From an uncultured Actinomycetota bacterium (lineage in GTDB: Bacteria > Actinomycetota > Actinomycetes > Propionibacteriales > Nocardioidaceae), in NCBI GenBank assembly GCA_963825755.1, contig CAWGUS010000003.1, forward strand, positions 15,416 to 79,415: 64,000 bases of DNA, in the 5' to 3' direction. Below the pieces are notes generated by a model that was not told the origin of the DNA, ran no database searches, and saw only the letters and a program-made list of their open reading frames with translations. Position numbers and translations under genes: made by a program. Positions 34,498-44,669 of the stretch are shown here, in pieces (position 1 is the first letter of the stretch; each line of letters begins with the position of its first letter).

Positions 34498-35801
34498 TCA
34501 GCTGGTGCGCTTGGCCGCGATGCTGGTCACGTTCTCCGGTGCCTTGCGGCCCATCGCCTCAGCCACGGCAGCGCGTCTGCGCTTGCGAGCTTCGTCGTCG
34601 GTGTCGCTGTGCCAGTAGCGATCGAGCGTCATCATCGCGGAAGCATGGCCCAGGCGCTCCTGCACTTCCTTGATCGTCAGGCCGCCCGCGTCGAGCAGAG
34701 TGCTCGCGTGGAAGTGCCGGAGGTCGTAGAAGCGCACAGAGTCCGGCAGCCCAACAACTTGGCAGGTCGTGCGCCAGTACCGCTTGTAGAACGCGCCGTA
34801 ACGCATGGGCTTCGTGTAGTCGAGTAGCTCGAGCGGAGCTTGGCCGTTGGCGCGCCCAACCCTTGTGCCGACGAACAGCGGCAGATCGCCGCCCGGGTGG
34901 ATGTGTTCCGCGTGCTCGGTGAACCACCTCGTGGCCCGTGCTCGATGGTCTGCGACGTACCGGCCGAGAACTTCTCCGGCGTAGGGATCGAGGTCGATGG
35001 TGCGCCGGCTGTTGTTGCGTCTTGGTCGCCTCCTCCCGGATCACTCGACCGCTGACCTCAACCACCACCCCACGGACCGAGACCGAGTGATTGATGGTGT
35101 CGACGTCCCCCAACGTTAGGCCGCACACCTCCTCCGGGCGCATCCCCGTCGCGGCGGCCAGCAGGACGAACACGTCGTACGGCTCGGGCAGCGCGGACAC
35201 GAGCTTGTCGACTTGTTGAGGTGTGATCCTGTGCCGCTTCCTCTCGTGCTCCGCGACCGACGCGGGCTTGGGGAGCCGACGGACGTTCACGTCGTGCGCG
35301 GGGTTCACCAGCAACAGGTCGTTCTCGACTGCGAAGTCCAGGATCTGCCGCATTGTGTAGAACCGATGACGAACCGTCTGCGCGGCCTTGGTCTCGGCGG
35401 TCATCTTGATGAACGTGCTGACGGCGCTCGGGGTGATGTCTCCGATGGCGGTCTTGTTGAAGGTGCGAGTGAGGTCGTTGTTGCCCTCGATGATCTTTCG
35501 GTAGTCGTCGCGAGTCCGCTGGCGGTCGAAGTGTTGCGCGTCGAGCCACTGCCGGGCGACGACAGCGAACGTCACGCGCGAGCGCTCCGGGTCGATCCAG
35601 TCGCCGCGTCTCGCAGTCGACATGAACTGATCCGCCCAGTCCTGCGCTGCACCCTTGGTGGTGAACCCACCCTTGGTCCGGCGAAGCCGGGTGTCGGGGT
35701 CGGTGTAGGCGACCTCGGTACCGTTTCCTGCCGTTGGGCAGTCGCCTCTTCTTGCTGCGGTCGCTCTCTCGGACCCAAGCCCTCGGTGCTCTCGCGCTCA
35801 T
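34498..35801 (-). CDS. int: Tyrosine integrase (frameshifted in this assembly)
   Basis: Arm-binding N-terminus (TKGGFTTK..A), core-binding region, catalytic ATGMRPEE, YDLRH, LGH...TLDRYWH. Confidence 0.92.
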
Positions 35802-36120
35802 CAGTTGGTCTCCTTTGTGAGTTGGGTGTGGAGCTTGTTGGCGGCGGTGCGTGCTCGGCGAAGGGTCGGGAAGTCAGCGGGTGGCTCGACGGGCTCGTCG
35901 CGTCCGTTCACCACCCCCACCCGATACAGGGGTGTGGGAGTGATGCGGACGGTCGTCAGAGCGAGCCAGCGGTCCGTGGCTGGGTCTTCGGTGTGCTCGA
36001 CCTGTACGCGCCGGTTCACGACGTCGGGCATCGCGTAGTCGCGGCCTCCGTGCGGGTGATAGACGTGCCAGCGAGGTTGACGTACAGCTCCGGGACGCCG
36101 GGTTGCCAGCTGGTGCTCAT
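35801..36120 (-). CDS. Hypothetical protein coupled to integrase
   Basis: ATGA overlap with the recombinase stop; 76-aa ORF in the track; stop abuts the int start. Confidence 0.45.
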
Positions 36121-36778
36121 GCGCTCTGGTCCCGGTTGATCAGGTCGACGATCACCGAGTGGTGCCAGGTATCTTGCACGGTCGGGGTCGGGATGCCGTC
36201 CGTGCTCAGACGACGTGCAATCTCCGACGCCGAGTGGCCTCTGCGGTGAAGGCGCATGACCTTCCGCTGGATCGTCGGGCTGATCGTGCTGGGCTTGCCG
36301 AGCTGGGTCGCATTCGCCTTCACGACCGCCAGCGCATCGCGGGTCCGCTCGGAGATGAGGCGGCGCTCAAGCTCCGCGTTGAGGGCCATCTGGCTAGCCA
36401 TGTACCCCAGCCCATAGCCGTGGTCGTATCGATCTTCTGATCGAGCACGGACATGTACCAACCCTGCTTCCTCGGCGGTCTTGAGGAGCGATCCGAAGTC
36501 CAGGTGGTCGCGGCTTCAGTCGGTCGTACTTGGCGATCACGAGCATGCTCGGCATCACCCGCACCAAGACAGACAGGGCGTCCTGTAGGCCGTCACGCCG
36601 GGTGTGGGCACCGGTCTTGCCGTTGTCGACCTTGACGTCGACCAGCTCCCAGCCGTTGTAGTCGGCTGACGCGCTTGATCGCCTCGCGCTGGACCTCGAT
36701 CGAGTACGGGTCTTGCTGGATGGCGCCGTCCTTGCCGCGCTTCGCCTTACTCAGCCGGGCATACCCAACGGCCCTCAT
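36117..36778 (-). CDS. Serine recombinase (resolvase-type catalytic domain plus short DNA-binding tail), frameshifted
   Basis: MRAVGYARLS (catalytic Ser), SIEVQREAI, AELERRLISERTRDALA...LGKP, SASEIARRLSTDGIPTP...W. Confidence 0.82.
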
Positions 36779-37080
36779 GACGCGTCCTCGACTGTGTAGC
36801 CGCGCAGGACCGTGATGGAGCTCCGGAGGTTGCGGGCGTAAGCAGCAGCGTCGGGCTCACCCATGCGGGCGGCGAGGTTGCCCAACACCAGCAGGCTCCG
36901 GCGGATCATCACCGGGCCGACAGCATCGAGCAAGGCAGCGCGCTCCTCGTCACCGGCCTCACAGAAGGTCAGGCCAAGCTGGCGAGCTTCGGCCTTGCTG
37001 ATGCCTGCCGGAGTGAACGCGATGTCGACCTCCTCATCAGGTGAGTAAGCCAACGTCGTTCCCAACGGATAGTCGTTCAT
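36775..37080 (-). CDS. Hypothetical protein
   Basis: 101-aa ORF with AGGAG RBS; ATGA-coupled to the serine recombinase. Confidence 0.6.
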   Translation of the reverse strand: MNDYPLGTTLAYSPDEEVDIAFTPAGISKAEARQLGLTFCEAGDEERAALLDAVGPVMIRRSLLVLGNLAARMGEPDAAAYARNLRSSITVLRGYTVEDAS

Positions 37081-37090
37081 GATTGCTCCT

Positions 37091-38248
37091 CTAGTCCGGT
37101 GGTTGAACGTTCAACCACTCGACTCGGAAGCTACGCCAGTCGCGGGGTGACGTTCGACAGGGGCGCGGAACGATCCGTACCCGCGTAGCTCGACCCACGA
37201 TCTGCAGCCCGGAGACAGGCCGGTACGTCCTCCGGGACCCCGGATCGCTCCACGCAGGCGAGAGCGGCCTCTGCACGCCGGGAGCATCGCTATCCTGGCT
37301 CTCGACGCCGCGCCGAACCTCGGCCTCATACGCCTCCCAGGGATCGCCGTCGGGACGGTGACCGGGTCGTGGGTCGTGCTCGGTTGCCTCCGCTTCACGT
37401 TCCCGGTGGCGCGTCGCGCGGGAAACCGAACAGGCTGGACCCATCCAGCGGGACGACATCGCCGGACACCACGTCGTGGTTGCGGTTGTCGATTCGTGTC
37501 TCGGTCTCGCGCTCCTCTGTCGCGGTCGCGGCGGTCGAGGAACGCCTCAAGCTCCTCATCCTCCCCACCACCAGCCGGAAGCTCGCCCTTGGTTGGGGTG
37601 GGGGATGAGAGCGTTCCCGGACCTCGCTTGATGATGTTGAAGCCAGTGTGCTGGAGGTTGTCGAAGACCGAAGGCTCGCGCAGGCCAAGGTCCACGAAGC
37701 TGTGCCGGTCTCGGGTAGCTGGTCCGATTCAAGATCGCCAACGCGGCCTTGATGCGGTCGTACTGGTATCCTGGCTTGGTCGAGCACGCGCTCCAATTGG
37801 GCGAGCGCAGGAATCACCATCGCGACGAATCTTTTCGTTGGCGGCCTTGCGAACCTGGGGCGCGTCGCCGCCTTATTGCGCAGGTCGCTGAACCACGGCG
37901 AGCTTGCTGGCCGCAAGGTCCCTAGCTTTGTTGTGCGCCGTACAACGGCGATGGACCTGGCCGCACTTTTCACATGGAGGGCGCGAGGCAACGCCGGTCC
38001 CTTCAACCTTCTGCACGCTCGGCTCGGCCTTCGACCGCTTCACTCAGTCGATCCACTCTTAGGGTCCCGCCTTGGCACTGACTCCTCGGCCGCGCTCGGC
38101 TTCGTTTGGGCTTCTTCGGTATCACCAGCCCCTTCCGACGTCTCCGGTCCAGAGTCGGGGTCCGGTGTCGGGCGTTTTCGACCGACCGTCCCCCTTGCAG
38201 GGATGGGGATTCGGTCTCGGGTCCCCCGGTCCAGAGGTTCCTGCGCAT
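37091..38248 (-). CDS. HGGxSTG-like Zn protein resembling actinophage terminase small subunits (reconstructed across frameshifts; ends uncertain)
   Basis: Stitched frames: PCEKCGQVHRRCTAHNKA / GPCGQQARRGSATC / GGDAPQVRKAANEKI ... IKAALAILNRT. Confidence 0.5.
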
Positions 38249-38330
38249 ATCCCTCTCTAACGTGAGCGAGGGAAGGGGAGTCCGCGAGAGTCGTCCCTCG
38301 TAGCCCTAGACCTCCATATTTTCTGCACTC

Positions 38331-38434
38331 TGGACCCGAGATCGGAGTTTCCCCTTGCGTGCTAAAAGGGCACTTCAGGTGGGTCCGGAGGTCCGATATC
38401 CCCCCGGACCCGCGGGTGGACCCGCTGGACCCGC
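38331..38434. repeat. Iteron-like GGACCCG(C) cluster, putative replication origin
   Basis: GGACCCG at 38332; GGACCCGC at 38406, 38418, 38427; inverted GGGTCC/GGTCC at 38381 and 38390; directly downstream of the primase-helicase. Confidence 0.55.
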
Positions 38435-38469
38435 TTATTGGGCAACTCACGCTCGACCGGCACCGCCCG

Positions 38470-40837
38470 CAGTCGGATGCCCCGCCAGTAGCGAGTCTGT
38501 TGTCGCCACCGCCCTTGGGGGTCTTGTCCCCGACCCCTGAGTCTAGCAGGAGCCCTCGATTTGTTGTTTGAAGGCCGCGCCCCCACCGGTTTTGACGTCC
38601 CTGCCTATAGGCCTCACAGGACTCCCAGAGGTTCTCGTTGGAGTCCTCGTGCTCGGCGGCGAGATCACAGCAAGCGGTCAGCCACCGGTCGAACGGGCTC
38701 AACGTATCCCCAGCACCATCTCGTCGCCTCAGCGACCACCAAAGGAACATCACCCGACACCTTCCCGGCAGCAACAGGCGCCAGCCACGCAGCAGCCACA
38801 TCAGGACACCCTCGGCCTCGTCGCCGACGTACTGCCTGTGGATTTCTTCTCCGCGACGTCGGCGCGTTGGACGTTGAACGGGATCACGTACAGACGCCGC
38901 CAAGGGCCTTGTCGGCACCGTTGATGGTGGGCGAGCGATCGGTGAGGATTGACGCCGTCCAGTCCGGCCGGCGGTCGAGGAAGTCGTTACCGTGACCCTT
39001 GCGGGCGGTGAGCGTGTCCTCGCCGGTCATCCGCTTGATGACGTCGGCGTGAGTCTCCCCACTCCGAAGACAGCTCGGAAACGTAGAGGAACCGACGCAG
39101 GATGGTGTTGATGATGTCGGGTCGTGGTGCCTCGTTGCTTCTCGCGGAACAGGGAGGGGTTGAACGTACCGGCGTAGTCCCGGCCCAGACCTCGGCGACA
39201 TCTCGAGGACGGTGGGACTTGCTGGTGTTGGAGCCCCTTGGCGACACCAGCTCTGTTCGGGGTTGCCGCCGAGCGAGTGACCCCGAGCGTTTCTGAAGGA
39301 AGCGACGTACATCGGCGTCAGGCAGCTTCTCCTTCAGCAATCTCTCCCACGAAGGTGCCTTAGCTCGCGGCGTGTAGTCGGACGGCACCATGCGAGTGAT
39401 CCGGTCTTCGCGGCGATGTTCGCGGGCGGTCGCAGAGCCGTCCTGTCCGAGTTCCACAGTCTGGTTCTTGAACGAAAGCAGGCGTGCTTGGTTGTCGAAG
39501 TCGCTGAGCTGGACCGTCATGCCCTTCAAGGAACGAGCTACCCGAAGCATCGCGGCGAGCTTGTGGGCCTCTCCGCACCGCGTTGCCCACGACAGAAGCT
39601 TCGTCGCCTGGGCCTCGTCGTCCAACCGGAGAGCCTGAGCATCTCCCCGCATCCGTTTGACCACGTCCATCGCGAACCGCTCGGCGATGCCGGTGTTGTC
39701 GATGATCCAACGGGACCCGTTCCACCACACCCAGGACCCAAGCAGGTTCACCCACCGCATGTCCTCACCGTGGGTCTCGATGAGCCGTTGGGCGTTGCCC
39801 GTGTCGTTCCATGTGAACGCGGCACCGACCGCGCCAATCGCATCACGCGCAGGTTCGAAGAAGGCGCTGGCTATCGTCGCCTCGACCTCTGAGACCGGGA
39901 ACGGATCGGATTCCGAGTTGCCCACGCGCTTGTGGAACTCATGTCCCACCGCGAGCGCCTCAGCCTCCGGTAGCGCTCGTCTCGGAGCTGACAGGCCAAC
40001 CAGAAGAGCGCTTGGTTTCTTGAGCCCATCTCTTGGCACTCGGCGTTCACGGCGACGGCGAGCTCGTCGGCGCTCCGCTCATCGGTCGGTCGGTCGGGCG
40101 TCCAAGCTGGCGACGACTCGCATAGCTCCCACAGGTCCTGCGCTGATCGGTCGTGGCTCACGAACCAGTCCGCGAGGTCGTCGCCGTCGCCGGGGAGGTC
40201 GAGATCCACGACATGAACCGCGGAGGCGATGCCATCGAGCTTCGCTGCGAGTTTGCGCGCTCCCGACCGCCCGGCGTCGTCACAGTCGTACGCCACGAAC
40301 ACGCGCTCGCCCCTGAACCTCGACAGGTTCTGTGGAACGGTGCCCGCGCTTCCGGTCCCAGAGATGACCCTTCCTCGATGCCGGCGCGTGAGAGTCTTGC
40401 GCCGTCAGCAGGGCGTCGAGCTCGCCTTCGGTGACGACGACCGATTCGGCATCGACATCAGTGATCGCAGCGACGTACCAGCCCACGCGCGATCCCTTGG
40501 CGCCGATGATCTTGGGCCGGCCCTCACGCGCCTTGGGGTTGTAGCGGCGAACGTTCAGCACCCGGTCGCCGTCGAGCACCGGGATCATGACTCGCTGGGA
40601 TTCGATGTCATAGCCGAGCTGGGCTGCCTTGATGGAGGCCTTGGTCAGTCCGCGTCGACGTTTCAGGAAGGTCAGCACCCGCTTCTCAGTGAGCAGTTCA
40701 CGATGCCAACCCGCTACATGCTTGATGTTGGGAATGGTCATGGCTGCTGCTGCTGCTCGTGCTCTACGCGAACGGTCATGTGAAAATCGTTCCAGCTCGC
40801 GCGACCGGCGCGACGAAAACGCGAAATCCTTGGGCAT
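38470..40837 (-). CDS. Primase-helicase: Toprim + PriCT-like + D5_N + SF3 (P4-family) helicase, many frameshifts
   Basis: VVVTEGELDAL, VAYDCDDAG, DLADWF; GSRNQALFWLACQL; WNDTGNAQRL...WVWWNGSRW; IKRMTGEDTLTAR; ends uncertain. Confidence 0.85.
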
Positions 40838-40898
40838 TCAGGTCTGAATGGCGAAACATCAGAAGCGATACGCCCGTCAGCCGATGTGTTACACGCAC

Positions 40899-41341
40899 TC
40901 ATGACCGGACACCCTTCGGCGCGTTGGGCGGCCGCCGGTCGCCACGCAAGCCGACCTCAACGACCTTGGTGCCGTAGCGGAAATACCACTGCTCGCGGAA
41001 CCACACGTAGCTATCTCGGGCTCGTCCGACTTCGACAACCAGTGCGTGACAAATGCCGGTGGACGGAACTCAACAGCGTGCACTGCCCGATGGGCGCATC
41101 AACGCCTCTGCGAGTGCCAGCTCAGGTTCGGCGTCGAACATCGGCGCGTGCGCTTGAGCAAACGCCTGACCACGTGCACGGGCTTCCCGCGGCGCTTGCC
41201 GTCGAGCGCGACGTCCACCAGCCACTGATGATACGGCGGCTCAGCCTCGGTGTTAGACAGCGGGTCGAGCCAGCGGATGAGCACGTCCATTCGCAGTCCG
41301 AATGTTCCAAGGCGCGGGCGATCTAGAATCGAGTCGTTCAT
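40899..41341 (-). CDS. Hypothetical protein (probably frameshifted)
   Basis: GAGGAGG RBS before MNDSILDRP; end uncertain. Confidence 0.45.
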
Positions 41342-41405
41342 GTGAGTCCTCCTCGAACTCAGGCGGGGCCAGTCGGCGAGTTCCACTGGCCCCGCTGCAC
41401 GTCAG

Positions 41406-41907
41406 TCAGAAGTTGGGTCGCTCGTGCCCGTTGAGGACTTCGTCGCTGAGCCGGGGCAGCCGTGATCGCAGCGCCGGGAAGCGGTTGAGGGCTCGGGCTT
41501 GGAACGTGGCGGCATCGCAGTCAACCTGGGACCAGGAACGCTCCTCGGTGGCCTCCGGCGCTCGCACGCGCCTTGTCGAGCTTGTTCAGGTCCCGCGTCA
41601 CGGCACCCACCTGCCGCGCGCCTTCGGCCGCCGTGATGCGTTGGTGCTCGACGTCATCCCCGATCTCGCCCAAGGTCTCGCGCAGCTTGCTTGCGATGCG
41701 TTCGATGTCCACGGCCTCGCGAGCGACACGCGTCGCCTCCGAGTCGTACGTGTCGCGCATGATCCCGGTCATGTGAGCGGTGTAACCCTGGTTGAACTGA
41801 TCCCAGCCGCGCCTCTGTCGGTCCGACCCAGAGAAGTTCTCCCGCTGAGCCAAGGACTCCGCGAGCGTGAGCGAAACCTGCGCGCCGATCCGCGATACCG
41901 CGCTCAT
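41406..41907 (-). CDS. Hypothetical helical protein
   Basis: MSAVSRIGAQV..., ATGA-coupled to the upstream ORF; C-terminus appears in another frame. Confidence 0.5.
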
Positions 41908-42128
41908 GAGTGCACCTGATTCGGGTTCGTGAGCGCGGGGGCGCGCCTGCTGTCCTCGGAACGCGCCGAAGCATCGCCCTTCCCGAGGGTCGACTCCCGC
42001 TCGAAGGCCGAACGGATCACGTCCAACGTTCCGTTCGCTGACTCTCGTGCCGCCTTCATGGCGGTGGCCGCGCCGTCCAGGTTCGGCTTGCGCCGAACGA
42101 GGCCATGTGGGTTCTTCTGCTGTGTCAT
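41904..42128 (-). CDS. Hypothetical protein
   Basis: GAGG RBS before MTQQKNPHG. Confidence 0.5.
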   Translation of the reverse strand: MTQQKNPHGLVRRKPNLDGAATAMKAARESANGTLDVIRSAFERESTLGKGDASARSEDSRRAPALTNPNQVHS

Positions 42129-42199
42129 GTTCCTCAACCTCGCGTCGTTTGCGTTCTCGAGTTTCTGTGGCTCTCTGCGCCCGGAGCGCAGCTCCGCGT

Positions 42200-42400
42200 T
42201 CACTGGGACTGCCGAGCGGCGGACTCATGCCGCGCCACGTCTTTCAGCACTCGCTGGGTGTAGTGGGCGTACGACGCCCTCATGACCTCCGCGACCCGGA
42301 CGCCCATCAACGCGGCGACGGTCTTCAGGTCGGCGTAAAGCTCTGGCGGCACCACAACCTTGCGGGTGACGCCGAGCTTAGGTCGGCCTCCATTGCCCAT
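42200..42400 (-). CDS. Small ribbon-helix-helix-like DNA-binding protein
   Basis: AAGGAGGAG RBS; GRPKLGVTRKVVVPPELYADLK..A...G..VAEVMR pattern. Confidence 0.6.
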   Translation of the reverse strand: MGNGGRPKLGVTRKVVVPPELYADLKTVAALMGVRVAEVMRASYAHYTQRVLKDVARHESAARQSQ

Positions 42401-42523
42401 CACTCCTCCTTTGGGTCTTCCGCGGTCCGCTCAAACGCCCCGCTTTCGAGAACTCTTCGCCAGCGGCCGCCATGACGCCTGTCAGCCCACAGCCGTGCCG
42501 TTGATGGCAGATGGGCGGCAGAG

Positions 42524-42754
42524 CTACTTGGTGAGGAACCGGATCAGTTCGGCGCGTGTGTAGTACGCACCAGAGCGAGCGCCGGCAGGCCGCATAGCCT
42601 TGAGCACGGGCGGATCGGCGAGGCGCCAGCGCTTCAGCTGACGCAGAGAGACGTTCAGCAGGTCGCTCACCTGCTCGGCGTTGAACATGGCGCCGGGCGG
42701 CAGGCCGAGCTGATCGACCTGGAGGTGGGGCGTGGACTTGGTCTTGCTGGGCAT
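42524..42754 (-). CDS. Excisionase/AlpA/MerR-like HTH protein
   Basis: FNAEQVSDLLNVSLRQLKRWR...YYTRAELIRFL; first gene of the element operon next to attR. Confidence 0.72.
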   Translation of the reverse strand: MPSKTKSTPHLQVDQLGLPPGAMFNAEQVSDLLNVSLRQLKRWRLADPPVLKAMRPAGARSGAYYTRAELIRFLTK

Positions 42755-43072
42755 TGAGGGCACCTTCCCGTCGAGGGTCGGGTGCCTAGAGACGACGACA
42801 GCTGCACCAAGCACCCAGCCCACGATGTTGTTGTCGTGAGTCGGGTGCTGTCCGGCTTCATGGGAACTCGACCCGCCGTGGCGGTGCCGGAACCATCACA
42901 GAGCCGCTATTCGTCCTTCGGTCACATCCGTCAGGTTGCCCATCATCGGGCCGAAGGAACAGCGGTTCATCTGGAGTTGTAGGGCCAGTTTACCCGCTCG
43001 GGCGATGCGCCTTGGGTCTGCTTGAGGCCGCGTGCGTAGTGAGCAGCATCAGGAGGGCTCACGCCGACCTGG

Positions 43073-43091
43073 CGCGCTACTCCCGCGCTAC
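43073..43091 (+). repeat. Putative integrase arm-type site (right)
   Basis: CGCGCTACTCCCGCGCTAC, identical to 32430-32448. Confidence 0.75.
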
Positions 43092-43234
43092 CGGACTCGA
43101 ATCCACGCAAATCTGATCCGAGCTCTGCCCTTCCGTAGAGCGGCAAACGCTCAGAGCCCTACGTACAGCGCGATTCGGGCCAACGCGTAGTCTCCTGCCG
43201 TACTCTCGGGACCCATGCAGACCTGTCGCGCTCG

Positions 43235-43279
43235 CTTCTAATCCGCCGGTCGGTGGTTCGAATCCACCCGGGGGCGCCA
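43235..43279 (+). repeat. attR: duplicated 3' 45 bp of tRNA-Arg
   Basis: CTTCTAATCCGCCGGTCGGTGGTTCGAATCCACCCGGGGGCGCCA. Confidence 0.95.
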
Positions 43280-43287
43280 CGCTTCAG

Positions 43288-44656
43288 TGTATTACTTCGC
43301 CTGATGGGTGACGTTCGGGCTTCGGCTGATGCGTTACACATCTTCGGGTGATGGGTGACAGCTACTTCGGTTGATTGGTGACACTCCCTTGATGAGGGAG
43401 TTGAGCGTGTCCGAGCAGCGGTATCAGGCCGTGCTGGCGGTGATCAGCGACGGCGAGACGATCTCGAGCGTGGCGGCCAGGTTTGGGGTGCATCGCAAGA
43501 CGGTGCACGGGTGGTTGGCCAGGTACGAGGCCGATGGCCTGGAGGGCCTGAGGGATCGGTCGCATCGCCCGCGGTCGTGTCCGCACCAGATCCGCGCGAG
43601 TGTCGAGGCGTTGGTCGCCACGATGCGGTCTTCGCATCCGGGGTGGGGGCCGCGCCGGCTGGTCTTCGAGCTGGGCAGGGCCGGCGTGGAGCCGGTGCCG
43701 TCGGAGTCCGCGGTGTACCGGTGCCTGGTGCGGTTGAACCTGATCGACCCCTCGGGACGCCGGCGTCGGGACAAGAAGTGGAAGCGGTGGGAGCGGGGGC
43801 TGCCGATGGAGCTGTGGCAGATGGATGTCGTGGGCGGGGTCGTGCTGGCCGACGGGCGGCGGGCCAAGGCGTTGACCGGGGTCGATGACCACTCCAGGTT
43901 CTGCGTCAGCGCGTACCTGATGCTGCGGGAGAGTTCGCCGAACGTGTGTGACGGGCTCGCGGCCGCCCTGCGTACCTACGGGGTGCCCGGACAGATCCTG
44001 ACCGACAACGGGAAGGTGTTCACCGGCCGGTTCAACCAGCCGCCGGTGGAGGTGCTCTTCGACCGGATCTGTCGAGAGAACGGAATCGAGCACCTACACA
44101 CCCAGCCGCAGGTCACCGACCACGACCGGGAAGATCGAGAGGTTCCATCGGGCGTTGCGTACCGAGTTCCGCACCGACCGGGTCTTCGACGACCTCGCCA
44201 CCGCACAACACGAGCTCGACGAGTGGGTCCACGACTACAACCACGACCGGCCCCACCAGGCGCTGGACATGGCCGCCCCGGCGTCACGTTTCCTCAGACC
44301 TGACGCCGGCGCCCGTGGCCCCGATCCGAACATCACGCAGCCCTGGCCGGCCCGGCGAGAGCCGCACCGACGGCACCTGGGTCACCCGCCGGGCCAGTGC
44401 CGTCGGGGTGGTGTGTGTCAGCTGGCAACAAGTCTGCCTCGGCGTGGCCGCAGCAGGCCGACCCCATCGACGTATGGGTCACCGATCACGTCCTGCAGTT
44501 CTACGACGGCGACCAGCTGCTGCGCACCCAGAAACGAGACAGCACCGGGGAAGTGAGGGTCAAGAGATCCCAAGCGCCACAACGGCGTCCTACAGTGACA
44601 ACGAGTGTCACCGATCAACCGAACTAGATCTGTCACCCATCAGCCGAAGGTCTTCA
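43288..44656 (+). mobile_element. IS481-family insertion sequence with 17-bp flanking direct repeat
   Basis: Imperfect IRs TGTATTACTTCGCCTGATGGGTGAC / GTCACCCATCAGCCGAAGGTCTTCA; GGGGCGCCACGCTTCAG at 43271-43287 and 44657-44673. Confidence 0.9.
43392..44627 (+). CDS. IS481-family DDE transposase (frameshifted)
   Basis: HTH (VAARFGVHRKTVHGW), LRDRSHRP, LWQMD, DDHSRF, ILTDNG, TTGKIERFH in next frame, YNHDRPHQAL. Confidence 0.9.
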
Positions 44657-44669
44657 GGGGCGCCACGCT

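Larger units (their letters stand above)
32327..43279. mobile_element. ~10.9 kb integrative element (phage-satellite/PICI-like) in tRNA-Arg(UCU)
   Basis: Perfect 45-bp direct repeat of the tRNA 3' half at 32327-32371 and 43235-43279; contains integrase, primase-helicase and HTH genes; visibly less GC-rich than flanks. Confidence 0.92.

Noticed and set aside
43235-43279. Second tRNA-Arg gene
   Set aside because: Only the 3' 45 nt are present, with no D arm or 5' acceptor strand; it is the att duplication.
32327-43279. Complete prophage or conjugative AICE
   Set aside because: No capsid, portal, large terminase, tail or lysis genes, and no FtsK/TraB, RepSA or relaxase recognised.
44100-44470. 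Programmed frameshifting in the IS transposase
   Set aside because: IS481 transposases are single ORFs. The breaks fall inside the catalytic domain, there are several of them, and I see no slippery A-run motif.
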